DNA of 64,000 nt from Acidobacteriota bacterium (GTDB lineage Bacteria; Acidobacteriota; UBA6911; RPQK01; JAJDTT01). The notes beneath the pieces were generated by a model. It was not told the origin of the DNA. It saw nothing but the letters and a program-made list of their open reading frames with translations, and searched no databases. A program made the translations under genes and the position numbers. Of this stretch, positions 26,160-36,252 are shown piece after piece (position 1 is the stretch's first letter; the number at the start of each line of letters is the position of its first letter). Location: positions 5,920,001 through 5,984,000 of the forward strand of contig OZ253580.1 of NCBI GenBank assembly GCA_965263035.1, in the 5' to 3' direction.

Positions 26160-27416
26160 ATGACCGAACCTACCCTGGAAGAGACGGCTCAGAGGATCTT
26201 TGGAACCGAAGACCCGTCCGCAGTCGCCCATTGGATCGAGTACTGGAATCAGGGGCGCGAGCGCAACTACGAGCTGCTCACGGCCTTCGAGGAGGTGTTC
26301 CTTCTGGACCTTGGCAAGCGGCGGGTCCTGGATGCCGGCTGCGGCGTCGGCAGCATGGGGGAAGTCCTCCGGGAACGTTGCGGCCACTACCTCGGCGTGG
26401 ATGTGAATCACCATGTCCTCCGATTCTCGGCCCCGGCGGCCCGGAGATCGTACGTTCAAGCCAGCGGTCTGTCGCTCCCCTTCGTAGAGCGTTCATTCGA
26501 TTGCATCTTCGCGTTCGACGTCCTGGAGCATCTCCCGGGGGGACTCCCGGATCAGGTTCGTTTCCTGACCGAGCTGCGGCGGGTCCTCAGACCCATGGGG
26601 ACCATTCTCTTCACGACTCCCAACTTCTGGTATCCCTACGACGCCCATTCCCGCAGCTACTTCGCACACTATCTTCCGGTGCGGCTGGCCGACTGGATCC
26701 ATCGGCGCCGCCGTCCGGCTTTCCTGAAGGAGCACGGTTCGACTGCCAACATTCCACTCCTGACTCCCCGCCGTCTCCGGAAGGGTATCGACGCCAGCGG
26801 TCTCGGCCTCTTGCACGAGCTGCCCTGCTGCCTGGATCGCGACCAGCTGTCCCAGTTGTCACCGCTGAAATCCATCCCCGCGTATCTGGGCCTGGGATGG
26901 TACCCCCATGCCGAGTTCTGGGGCATCCTCTGCCGTCCCGACGCCCGCTCCGGACTGCGTCTGAAGCTCAAAACCCGGCTGGTTCAGTTGGACGGGGACT
27001 CGTCCCAGGTCGTGTGGCAGGACTTCGAATCCAGGATCGACTTCGCGCGGAAATCCTTTTCCCATCAGCTGGACCGGGGCTGGTACACCCACGAGCCAGG
27101 TCCCCCGGGTTATCGGTGGATCGGACGGGAAGCGGTCTGCTTTCTCCAGCTCGGAGGACCGGTCTCGCGGCTCCGGGTTCGAGGCTTCAGTCCTCAGGGG
27201 AATCGAATCCGGTTCTGGGTCGGCGAGAATTGCGTGGGCGAACATCCGATGCACCCGAAAAGCAGATTCGATCTCACTTTTTTCCTTCCTTTCACACCAC
27301 CTGAGGACAGAATGGTAAGGGTTCTTCTCAGCTGTGACCGGACCTATCGTCTGGAAGAATCAGACGACCGGAGGGACCTGGGAGCCGTCGTCTCGTCCAT
27401 AGAGCTGTTGCCATGA
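26160..27416 (+). CDS. Class I SAM-dependent methyltransferase with a C-terminal beta domain
   Basis: VLDAGCGVG, LPF, DVLEHL, RVLRPMG, TTPN. Confidence 0.88.
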   Translation: MTEPTLEETAQRIFGTEDPSAVAHWIEYWNQGRERNYELLTAFEEVFLLDLGKRRVLDAGCGVGSMGEVLRERCGHYLGVDVNHHVLRFSAPAARRSYVQASGLSLPFVERSFDCIFAFDVLEHLPGGLPDQVRFLTELRRVLRPMGTILFTTPNFWYPYDAHSRSYFAHYLPVRLADWIHRRRRPAFLKEHGSTANIPLLTPRRLRKGIDASGLGLLHELPCCLDRDQLSQLSPLKSIPAYLGLGWYPHAEFWGILCRPDARSGLRLKLKTRLVQLDGDSSQVVWQDFESRIDFARKSFSHQLDRGWYTHEPGPPGYRWIGREAVCFLQLGGPVSRLRVRGFSPQGNRIRFWVGENCVGEHPMHPKSRFDLTFFLPFTPPEDRMVRVLLSCDRTYRLEESDDRRDLGAVVSSIELLP

Positions 27417-29719
27417 TCGTCAAATTCCTCTTGTGGCTGGGCCTGTTGCCCGTGCAGTTGGGGTTGGGCCTGCTACTGATCCTCACGGATCTGGCGCGCC
27501 ATCTCGGGCTGAGATCGGCCAGGCGCTCGGGACAGACGGACTCGTCACCGGACTCCGGACTCTGCTCCATCGTCGTGCTCAACCACAACGGAAAGGCATT
27601 GCTGCAGGAGAGTCTTCCCGCTCTGGAACGAGCCGTGGCCTACACGGAGAAACCTCATGAGGTGATCCTGGTGGACAACGGAAGTTCGGATGGCAGTGTC
27701 TCCTGGGTGAGGAATGATCTGCCCCGAATCCGCATCCTGGAGCTGGACTCCAATTTGGGGTTCGGTGAAGGCAACAACCAAGGAGTTTCTCTGGCACGGC
27801 ACGAAATCGTGGTTCTCCTTAACAACGACATGGTGGTCGAGGAGAATTTCCTTCAGCCACTGCTGGAACCGTTTTCGGACCAGCAGGTGTTCGCCGTTTC
27901 CAGCCAGATCCACTTTCCCCCGGAAAAAAGGCGAGAGGAAACGGGGAACACGCAGGCCCGGATGCACCGAGGTTTTCTCCACTTGTCTCACGAGCCGGTG
28001 AGGAAGTCCCACCGGACCCGGAAAACCCTTCCGGTCTTCTGGGCGGGCGGCGGCTCCTCGGCTTTCCGCCGCTCCCGGTTTCTGGAACTGGGCGGATTCG
28101 CTCCCATCTTCTCTCCCGCCTATCTGGAAGACACGGATTTGAGCTATCGGGCCTGGCGGCGGGGCTGGACCGTCCTCTTGGCCGCCGAGAGCCGGGTCCT
28201 CCACCGCCACCGGAGCACCAGTTCCCGACTGTACTCACCCGGGTCCCTGGCGCGACTCCTGGGTGAGCGGAAACTGTGGTACCTGTGGAAGAACTTCCAG
28301 CTCCGGACCCTCCTGCCACACCTCCTGCTCTATCCCTGGCATCTGGGGAAGGAGTTGAGCCCGGGAGATTATCTCCGGGCTTTCAGGAGGATTCCGGACA
28401 TCCTGCGGCTCCGGTGGCGCGAACCGCGCCGCCGGCAATCGGACCGCGCCCTCATTGACCTTTGTCGAAGGCCCTTAACCTATGTGCATCGGCGGGTCGA
28501 ACGCTCCACCCGGTCCGCCACGCCTCCGGACTTTCTCAAGATACTGCTGGTCAGCGCCTATCTTCCCCTTCTGGGACGCCACGGAGGAGCCGGCCGCGTC
28601 TTCCAATTCCTCAGCCGCGTCTCGGCACGGCACCAGATTCATCTCCTCTCATTCGTGGAAAGCGATGACGAGACCGAGGGCATCGATCAGGTGCGCCCCT
28701 ATTGCACGAGGTTGGAGTTGGTTCCCCGGAGAGGTTTCGAGCCGGTCTCCCCCTATCCCTATGAACCCTTCGAGGAATTCAACTGCCCTGATTTCCGCCG
28801 CCGATTCGAAAAGGTTCTGGAAGAGGAGGAGTTCGACCTGGTTCACTACGAATGGCCCCAGATGGCCCAGTACGATGACCTGGTTCCGTTCTGGGTTCCC
28901 AAGATCCTCACGGAGATGGAAGTCAACTATGCCGCCCACTACAGCCGCGTGCGCCTGGCCTCCGATTTCTTCTCCAGACTCAAGAGACACTACGATACGT
29001 TGCAGACTCTTTTTCGGGAGGTGGGGCTGTGCCGGCGCATGGACCAAGTGGTCTGCGTCACTTCCGTCGACCGCACCTACCTGGAAGGATTCATGCCGGG
29101 AGCGAGACTGAAGGTCTTGCCCACGGGCGTCGATACCTCCTACTTCATTCCCGGCACGGGCAGGGTCGAGCCCAACAGCATTGTCTACGTCGGCGCCTTC
29201 CGCCATGAACCGAACGTGGACGCCATGCTGTTTTTCGTCAACCAGGTTCTGCCACTGCTGCAGGAGGAGATTCGGGAGACACACCTCTATATCGTGGGGT
29301 CCTCTCCCACACCGGAGATCCTGGCCATGGACGACCACCCGGCCATCACCGTCACCGGATTCGTGCCCGACCTGCGGGAGTACTATGCTCGCGCTCAGGT
29401 CGTGGTGGTTCCCGTTCGTACAGGCGTCGGGATACGAGGAAAGGTCCTCGAAGCGTGGGCCTGCGGGAAGGCGGTCGTGGGGACTCCACTCGCCTTCCAG
29501 GGAATTCGCGCCGTCCACGGGCAGAACGCCCTCGTTGCCGAGACCCCCCGGGAGTTTGCCATTTGGATCTCGGCTCTCATGAGGAACCCGGCGTTCACGG
29601 CTCATCTGGCGGAATCAGGCCGCCGCACCGTGACCGAACACTACGATTGGGAACCGCTGGCTGAACGTCTGGCAGACCTCTACGAGGAAACTGCGCAATT
29701 CAAGAAGAGTGGGAACTGA
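27413..29719 (+). CDS. GT2 + GT4 glycosyltransferase fusion
   Basis: VDNGSSDGS, NLGFGEGNN, LNND and EDTDL (GT2); PTGVD, GFVPDL and KVLEA (GT4). Confidence 0.92.
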   Translation: MIVKFLLWLGLLPVQLGLGLLLILTDLARHLGLRSARRSGQTDSSPDSGLCSIVVLNHNGKALLQESLPALERAVAYTEKPHEVILVDNGSSDGSVSWVRNDLPRIRILELDSNLGFGEGNNQGVSLARHEIVVLLNNDMVVEENFLQPLLEPFSDQQVFAVSSQIHFPPEKRREETGNTQARMHRGFLHLSHEPVRKSHRTRKTLPVFWAGGGSSAFRRSRFLELGGFAPIFSPAYLEDTDLSYRAWRRGWTVLLAAESRVLHRHRSTSSRLYSPGSLARLLGERKLWYLWKNFQLRTLLPHLLLYPWHLGKELSPGDYLRAFRRIPDILRLRWREPRRRQSDRALIDLCRRPLTYVHRRVERSTRSATPPDFLKILLVSAYLPLLGRHGGAGRVFQFLSRVSARHQIHLLSFVESDDETEGIDQVRPYCTRLELVPRRGFEPVSPYPYEPFEEFNCPDFRRRFEKVLEEEEFDLVHYEWPQMAQYDDLVPFWVPKILTEMEVNYAAHYSRVRLASDFFSRLKRHYDTLQTLFREVGLCRRMDQVVCVTSVDRTYLEGFMPGARLKVLPTGVDTSYFIPGTGRVEPNSIVYVGAFRHEPNVDAMLFFVNQVLPLLQEEIRETHLYIVGSSPTPEILAMDDHPAITVTGFVPDLREYYARAQVVVVPVRTGVGIRGKVLEAWACGKAVVGTPLAFQGIRAVHGQNALVAETPREFAIWISALMRNPAFTAHLAESGRRTVTEHYDWEPLAERLADLYEETAQFKKSGN

Positions 29720-29766
29720 GAAGGAAGAAATCGGAAGCAGGCGGAGACCGTCTTCGCCGCTGCTTC

Positions 29767-30159
29767 CTAATTGAAGGGATCAGGAGAGGAATGGAAGTGA
29801 GTGAGTTTCCATTCTCCGTTCTCTCGCTGATAAATCTCGGTCCAACGCCCCGTCTCCCGCTGGAGCCGTCCCTTGGCCTGATACGCCATCAGATACTGGG
29901 AAGTGATCCATCCGACGTCCCCGCTGAACTCGATTTGTATGTTGTCGGTGAGCAGGGTAATGTCGTGGACTCGGCTGAAATACTGATGGAGCGTATTCTC
30001 GAATGTCTTGAAATCGGAGAAGCGGGGCGGCGGCACCTTTTCGAAAACGACTGCCTGTTCGGCATAGACGCCTCTTAAAGTCAACATATCCTTCTGTTGC
30101 CAGCCGCTGACATGCTGTCGATGCATGTTCAACAGAAGTTCTCTCGGGTTATTGCGCAT
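29767..30159 (-). CDS. SnoaL/NTF2-like protein
   Basis: GRWTEIYQRENGEWKLTHFHSS C-terminus; 130 aa. Confidence 0.8.
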   Translation of the reverse strand: MRNNPRELLLNMHRQHVSGWQQKDMLTLRGVYAEQAVVFEKVPPPRFSDFKTFENTLHQYFSRVHDITLLTDNIQIEFSGDVGWITSQYLMAYQAKGRLQRETGRWTEIYQRENGEWKLTHFHSSPDPFN

Positions 30160-30242
30160 AAATTATCTGCAACAATACCATAATTGTCTGACTAGTGCCT
30201 AATAGGCCGTGGCCGGCGCGCCCACGGCCTATTTTATTCGGA

Positions 30243-31349
30243 TCATCTCATCGAGTCCGAGTCCCCCGCCAGCGCCTCCAATACTTTTTCGGCCATGACC
30301 CGCGTCCCGATAGAGTCCTTTCCGGCCGGCACCAGGTCAGCGGTCCGATGGCCCTGGCGCAACGACAGCTCCACTGCCGCGTCGATCTGACCGGCGATGT
30401 CCTCCCGTCCCAGGGAATAACGAAACATCAGCGCCACACTGGAGATGGCGGCGAGGGGATTCGCCCGTCCCCGTCCGGCAATGTCCGGCGCCGTACCATG
30501 AACCGGTTCGTAGAGCCCCTTCCGCACGCCTTCGTTCGGAGCGCCCAGACTGGCGGACGGCAACAGACCGATGGAACCGGCCAGCACGGCCGCCTCGTCA
30601 CTGAGAATGTCCCCGAACAAGTTGGTGGAAAGAAGCACGTCGAAGTGTCTGGGCCGCGATATCAACTGCATGGAACAGTTGTCCACCAACATGTGCTCCA
30701 ACGCCACGTCCGGAAACTCCTGTGCGACCTCTTCCACCACCGTACGCCAGAGCAGCGAACTCTCCATGACGTTGGATTTGTCCACACTCGTCAAGCGGCG
30801 ATTCCGTTCCCGGGCCAACTGGAAGGCGACCCGGGCAATCCGCTCGATCTCATAGTCGTAGTAGATCTCCATGTTGTAGGCGCATCTTCCGCTGGAACGC
30901 CGCTCCGCGCCCCGGGGCTCGCCGAAATAGATCCCGCCCGTCAGCTCTCGAACGATCATTATGTCGACGCCTTCGATCACGGATTCCTTCAGCGGCGACG
31001 TGCCCAACAGAGACGGATGAGTCTTGATGGGCCGAAGATTGGTGAACAGCCCCAACTCCTTGCGAAGCCGGAGCAGGGCTTGCTCCGGACGCATCCGGGC
31101 GGGACAGGCGTCAAACCGGGCGTCCCCCGCGGCGCCAACCAGGATGGCGTCCGCTTCCTTGCAGGCGGCGAGAACGAAATCGGGCAGGGGGTCGCCGTAG
31201 CGCTCGATGGCGACTCCTCCCGCGGGGAGGCTCCGAACCTCCAGTTGCAGTTCGTGGTTCCGTCCACACCACTTCAGCACCTCGACGGCCGCAGAGATCA
31301 CCTCTGGACCGATGCCGTCCCCCGGCAACGCAACGATCACGTGGGTCAT
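30243..31349 (-). CDS. leuB: 3-isopropylmalate dehydrogenase
   Basis: PGDGIGPE, RELTGGIYFG, DKSNV, NLFGDILSDEA, EPVHGTAPDIAG. Confidence 0.96.
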   Translation of the reverse strand: MTHVIVALPGDGIGPEVISAAVEVLKWCGRNHELQLEVRSLPAGGVAIERYGDPLPDFVLAACKEADAILVGAAGDARFDACPARMRPEQALLRLRKELGLFTNLRPIKTHPSLLGTSPLKESVIEGVDIMIVRELTGGIYFGEPRGAERRSSGRCAYNMEIYYDYEIERIARVAFQLARERNRRLTSVDKSNVMESSLLWRTVVEEVAQEFPDVALEHMLVDNCSMQLISRPRHFDVLLSTNLFGDILSDEAAVLAGSIGLLPSASLGAPNEGVRKGLYEPVHGTAPDIAGRGRANPLAAISSVALMFRYSLGREDIAGQIDAAVELSLRQGHRTADLVPAGKDSIGTRVMAEKVLEALAGDSDSMR

Positions 31350-31516
31350 GGCTCATCCTCTCCCGCTGGCTCCCTCGGAACGGAGGGAGACTACCATACA
31401 GCGTCCCAGGAGCCGGACTCCCTTCCGGCGGGTGCTATACTGTGGCGTCTCCGGCCGGATTTCCTGCTCCGGCCGGCATCGATCGGCAAGAAAATCGGAG
31501 TTGGACAGACCAGGAT

Positions 31517-32191
31517 ATGGCGGCCAGTACGACAGCGGTGATCAGCCGCGCAATGGAAGATTACCTCAAGGCCATCTACCAGTTGGCCGCCGGAGACTCG
31601 CCGGTCACGACCTCCAGGGTTGCCGCCGCCATGTCGTGCAGGCCGGCCAGCGTGACCAACATGGTCCAGCGGCTTTCCGACCTCAAGCTGGTGGAATACC
31701 AGCGCTACAAGGGAGTCCGCCTGACCGCGGCCGGAATCCGGATCGCACTCGAGATCATCCGGCATCACCGGCTATTGGAACTGTACCTGTCCGAGGTTCT
31801 CGGCTACACCTGGGACAAGGTGCACGAGGAAGCGGAAGTCCTGGAACACGTCATCTCCGAGGAGTTCGAGGAAAAGATCGATCAGGCTCTCGGATACCCC
31901 CGAAAGGACCCCCACGGCGATCCCATTCCCACCAAGAAAGGTGAGATCGACGTGGAGCGGCTCGGAAAACTCTGGGATATGGTTGCGGGACAGGAAACGC
32001 GGGTGCGGAGGGTCAGTGACAAAGACCCCAATGTCCTGCGCTACCTGGCCTCCATCGGCATCTTCCCCGACGTCAAGCTGAATCTGGTGCGGCGGGACCC
32101 GTTTGACGGACCCGTCTACATTCGGGTCAACGGAATCGAGCACGGACTCAGCGAGGAACTGGCCCGCCAGATCTTCGTCAGCCTGCCATGA
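31517..32191 (+). CDS. DtxR/MntR family metal-dependent repressor with a FeoA-like C-domain
   Basis: EDYLKAIY, RHHRLLE, VHEEAEVLEHVIS, DPHGDPIP. Confidence 0.95.
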   Translation: MAASTTAVISRAMEDYLKAIYQLAAGDSPVTTSRVAAAMSCRPASVTNMVQRLSDLKLVEYQRYKGVRLTAAGIRIALEIIRHHRLLELYLSEVLGYTWDKVHEEAEVLEHVISEEFEEKIDQALGYPRKDPHGDPIPTKKGEIDVERLGKLWDMVAGQETRVRRVSDKDPNVLRYLASIGIFPDVKLNLVRRDPFDGPVYIRVNGIEHGLSEELARQIFVSLP

Positions 32192-33747
32192 GGGTGCCTC
32201 TCACTCCCTTGCGGTTCCTGTACCGTGCCAGGGACCAATTCGGGGCCAAGGTGGGCATTATCGACGGCGGACGAAGCTGGACCTACCGGGATTTTTCGCG
32301 GCGCTGCCATCGTCTGGCCGCCATCCTCTCGTCCAGGCGGCTTCCCGCCGGCTCCCGGGTCGCTCTCCTCTCGTACAACCAGCACCCGCTCCTGGAAGCC
32401 TATTACGGAGTCCCCCTGGCCGGTTGTATCCTCCTTCCTCTGAATACCCGGCTCCGGGCCGGCGACTTCCGCCACATCCTCAACGACGCGGAAGCACGGG
32501 TCCTCATATTCCATCCCGACTTTCTCCCCATCGTCGAGGAGATTCGGCAAGATCTCCACAGCGTCCGGCGTTTCCTGGTTCTGGAGCCCGGTCCATCCCG
32601 CGACTGGATCGAACCGGTCTCCTACGAGCATCTGATGGAGACCGGCGAGAGCGCGGCGGACCGGGACATCGCCGAGGTCGACGAGGAGGAGGTCGCCGAG
32701 CTGTTCTACACCTCGGGCACCACGGCTCTTCCCAAGGGCGTCATGCTTACCCATCGCAACCTCTACCTTCACGCCCTGGAGGTGTCCCTGGCGCTGGGGA
32801 TCCGGGAAGAGGACACCCAACTGCACACCATCCCCCTGTTCCACGTCAACGGTTGGGGAACGCCCCAGTTCCTGACCTGTCTGGGAGGGCGCCACGTCCT
32901 CATGAAACGCTTCCACCCCGGAGAAGCGTTTCGCCTGATCCAGGAACATGGCGTCACGTTCTTTTTTCTGGTTCCGACCATGGCCATTTCGCTCCTGAAC
33001 CATTCCGAACGGGATCGATTCGACACTTCTTCGGTCCGGTTGATCAATCTGGGCGGGGCAGCCGCCAATCCCAGACTCGTGGAGCAATTGGAGAAGGCCT
33101 TCGATTGCCGGTGTGTCGCCGGCTACGGTCTCACCGAATGTTCGCCCGTGGTGACGCTCTCTTTTCCAAAGAGCCATCTTGCGGTCCAGGGCGAGCGCCG
33201 TCTGGCGCTCCAGTCCATGACCGGCTACCCCATCCCCGGCGTGGAGCTGGCGCTGCTGGACCAGCAGGGCCGTTCCCTTCCCTGGAACGGCAGCGATCTG
33301 GGGGAGATCGCGATCCGGGGAGATGGTGTCATGAAGGGCTATTGGGGACAGACGGAGACGGAGCCGACGGCCCGGAACTGGTTGCGGACCGGTGATCTGG
33401 CCACCATCGACCCGGACGGCTACGTTCAGATCGTCGATCGCAAGAAGGACATCATCGTCAGCGGCGGCGAGAATATCTCCAGCCTGGAGGTGGAACGGGT
33501 GCTGCTTTCCCATCCCGGCGTCCTGGAGTGCGCCGTGATTCCGGCTCCCGACGAGCACTGGGGAGAGATCCCCAAGGCGGTGGTCGTGCCCAGAACTCCG
33601 GGCCGCGTCACCGGGAAGGAACTCGTCTCCTACTGCCGGCGCCGCCTGGCCCCCTTCAAGGTGCCTCGGATCGTCGAACTCGTGTCCGACCTGCCCAAGG
33701 GCGGAACCGGCAAGATTCTGAAGAGGGAGCTCAGGAAGCGGGGCTGA
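32188..33747 (+). CDS. Acyl-CoA synthetase (AMP-binding, long-chain fatty acid-CoA ligase-like)
   Basis: YTSGTTALPKG, GYGLTE, TGDL, DRKKDIIVSGGENI, GKILK. Confidence 0.94.
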   Translation: MRVPLTPLRFLYRARDQFGAKVGIIDGGRSWTYRDFSRRCHRLAAILSSRRLPAGSRVALLSYNQHPLLEAYYGVPLAGCILLPLNTRLRAGDFRHILNDAEARVLIFHPDFLPIVEEIRQDLHSVRRFLVLEPGPSRDWIEPVSYEHLMETGESAADRDIAEVDEEEVAELFYTSGTTALPKGVMLTHRNLYLHALEVSLALGIREEDTQLHTIPLFHVNGWGTPQFLTCLGGRHVLMKRFHPGEAFRLIQEHGVTFFFLVPTMAISLLNHSERDRFDTSSVRLINLGGAAANPRLVEQLEKAFDCRCVAGYGLTECSPVVTLSFPKSHLAVQGERRLALQSMTGYPIPGVELALLDQQGRSLPWNGSDLGEIAIRGDGVMKGYWGQTETEPTARNWLRTGDLATIDPDGYVQIVDRKKDIIVSGGENISSLEVERVLLSHPGVLECAVIPAPDEHWGEIPKAVVVPRTPGRVTGKELVSYCRRRLAPFKVPRIVELVSDLPKGGTGKILKRELRKRG

Positions 33748-33794
33748 AACCGCCTGTCCCACTCTGCGGGACGTTGGGTCGGACAAACTCTTAA

Positions 33795-33954
33795 CAGCCC
33801 GTGGCAAAAGTCGTCACGGCATTCGACCGGGGCTGCATCGTGCGCGGACTGCGTTGCTCCCCGGTCACATACTCCCGGCATGCTCCCTCGGAGCGCCTTG
33901 TCCGGCGGGCGCAGCCCCGGTCTCGGTGCTGCGTGGGACTTTCCCCACGGACTG
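33795..33954. mobile_element. MITE copy 3 with TTAA target duplication
   Basis: TTAA at 33791-94 and 33955-58; the right-hand TTAA contains the trxB stop codon. Confidence 0.9.
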
Positions 33955-34878
33955 TTAACCCGAATGGGCCAGATTCTCCAGATACTTCTCGGCGTCAATG
34001 GCCGCCCGGCAACCTGCCCCGGCAGCGGTGACGGCCTGCCGGTAGACATGGTCGTGGATGTCCCCGGCGGCGAAGACTCCCTCGACGCTGGTCCGGGAGC
34101 CGCCGTGGACGGAGATGTAGCCGCCGTGGGTCTTCACCTTGTCCCGAAAGGCCTCGGAGTTGGGCGTGTGACCGATGGCGATGAACACTCCTTCCATGGG
34201 GAGCTGACTCTCCTCGCCGGTCTTCACGTTTCGGAGCCGGATCGACTCGACCCGTTTCTTTTCCGGGTCCAGGATATCGGTCACGACCGTGTCCCAGAGG
34301 AAATTGATCCTGGGATGGCTCAGGGCGCGGGCCGCCATGATCTTGGATGCTCTCAGTTCGTCCCGCCGGTGGATGATGGTCACGCTCTCGGCAAACTTGG
34401 TGAGGAAGAGAGACTCCTCCATGGCGCTGTCGCCCCCTCCGACCACGGCGACGCGCTGACCCCTGAAGAAGAAGCCGTCACACGTCGCGCAGGTGGAGAC
34501 GCCGTAGCCGATGAGCCGCTTCTCCGACTCCAGCCCTATGAGCCGGGCCGATGCTCCCGAAGCGATGATCAAGGAGAGAGTCCGATAGGAGGCCGCTTCC
34601 GTTCGAACCGTGAAGGGATGGTTCAAATCCGCCTCGACCACGGTTTCCATCCGGTATTCGGCCCCGAACCGCTGGGCCTGCTCCTTCATTCTCTGCACCA
34701 GGTCCGGACCATCGATCCCATCGGGAAAGCCAGGGTAGTTCTCGACCAGAGTGGTCAGCGAGAGCTGTCCTCCCGGCTCATGTCCTTCCACGACAAGGGG
34801 AGACAAGTTGGCTCTGGCAGCGTAGATGGCGGCCGTCGAACCGGCGCAGCCCGAACCCAGAATGATCACGTTGTACAC
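33955..34878 (-). CDS. trxB: Thioredoxin-disulfide reductase
   Basis: GGQL...VENYPGF, CATCDG, GGGDSAMEE, YRQAVTAAG; GTG start after GAGGGAGG. Confidence 0.96.
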   Translation of the reverse strand: MYNVIILGSGCAGSTAAIYAARANLSPLVVEGHEPGGQLSLTTLVENYPGFPDGIDGPDLVQRMKEQAQRFGAEYRMETVVEADLNHPFTVRTEAASYRTLSLIIASGASARLIGLESEKRLIGYGVSTCATCDGFFFRGQRVAVVGGGDSAMEESLFLTKFAESVTIIHRRDELRASKIMAARALSHPRINFLWDTVVTDILDPEKKRVESIRLRNVKTGEESQLPMEGVFIAIGHTPNSEAFRDKVKTHGGYISVHGGSRTSVEGVFAAGDIHDHVYRQAVTAAGAGCRAAIDAEKYLENLAHSG

Positions 34879-35090
34879 GGAATCGCCCCTCCCTCGCTCA
34901 TCCGGCGAATTTGCTCTTGTTCTGCCCCATACCCCCGCGGCCGTCCCTTGAAACGGGACACCAACTTCAGAGCGGGGTACGATAAAATAACGGATGGTGC
35001 TACGGCTTGGCAACGGTGCGGCGGCGGCCGGCGATCGCTCCGGACGGCGCAGCGCAGTTGGGCCGTGTCCATTCAGGGAAGGCTGAAGCG

Positions 35091-36176
35091 ATGTTCGATC
35101 AAGATTGGATGGCTCCCATAGACACGCTGCTTCAGAGCTTGACCGAAATGTCGGTCGCGCGAATCTTGTGGGCGCTGCTGATCGCTTCGATCGGACTCGT
35201 GTCGGGCCGTATCGTCGACAAGGTGGTCACCAAGCTGCTCTACCGGTTGACCCAGCGCACCAAGACCGAGCTGGATGACCTCCTCATCGAGCATCTCCAC
35301 CGTCCCGTCATGCGGAGCACGGTTCTCCTCGGTTTCTACATAGCCCTTAAAGTGTCCGGCCTGCACGACCAGGTGGTGAATCTCCTTGCTCACTTGATCC
35401 AGACCCTTGCCGTCCTGATCTGGCTGTTTGCGGCGATGCCGCTCGCCGGACTCGTCTTCCGATGGATGAGCCAACATCAGACCCGGTTTCGGGCGATCCA
35501 GCCGGCAAGCCTTCCCCTGTTTACCATCGGAAGCCAGGTCGTGCTCGTCAGCGCCGCCGTCTATGTGGGAATGCAGGCCTGGGAGATCGACATCGCGGCC
35601 TGGGTGGCTTCGGCTGGAATCCTGGGTCTCGCCGTCGGTTTCGCCGCGCGCGACACCCTGGCCAATCTATTCGCGGGCGTCTCCATTCTCGCCGACGCCC
35701 CCTACAAGATCGGCGACTACATCGTGCTCATCGACGGGAACAAACGGGGCATGGTGACGCAGATCGGACTCCGCAGCACCCGGATCCTGACGCGTGACGA
35801 CATCGAGATCACGATTCCCAACGCCGCCATCGCCAATTCGACTCTCGTCAACGAGAGCGGGGGGCCCTCGATTCACCAGAGAGTTCGCCTGCGGGTCTCC
35901 GTGGCCTATGGATCGGACGTGGACCAGGTGCGCGACCTGCTCCTGGCCGTGGCCCAGGACGAACCCATGGTCCGCCCCGAACCCACGTCTCGGGTGCGGT
36001 TCCGCGAGTTTGGAGAATCGGGATTGAGCTTCGAGCTCCTCTGCTGGATTGCGGAAGCGGAACTGCGGGGCAGGGCCATCGACGCCCTCCACACCCGAGT
36101 CTACAAGGCCCTGGGAGACGCAGGAATCGAGATTCCGTTTCCCCAGCGCGACGTCAATATCAGACCGTCACCGTGA
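35091..36176 (+). CDS. Small-conductance mechanosensitive channel (MscS family)
   Basis: GLAVGFAARDTLANLFAG, IGLRST, IPNA, VAYGSD, GIEIPFPQR. Confidence 0.93.
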   Translation: MFDQDWMAPIDTLLQSLTEMSVARILWALLIASIGLVSGRIVDKVVTKLLYRLTQRTKTELDDLLIEHLHRPVMRSTVLLGFYIALKVSGLHDQVVNLLAHLIQTLAVLIWLFAAMPLAGLVFRWMSQHQTRFRAIQPASLPLFTIGSQVVLVSAAVYVGMQAWEIDIAAWVASAGILGLAVGFAARDTLANLFAGVSILADAPYKIGDYIVLIDGNKRGMVTQIGLRSTRILTRDDIEITIPNAAIANSTLVNESGGPSIHQRVRLRVSVAYGSDVDQVRDLLLAVAQDEPMVRPEPTSRVRFREFGESGLSFELLCWIAEAELRGRAIDALHTRVYKALGDAGIEIPFPQRDVNIRPSP

Positions 36177-36252
36177 AGGTCTCCGGGAAATCGAAATCAC
36201 CGCCAGCGGCCTGCTCTGGTTCGAACCTCAGCCACCTGTCGAGCCCTGCGGG

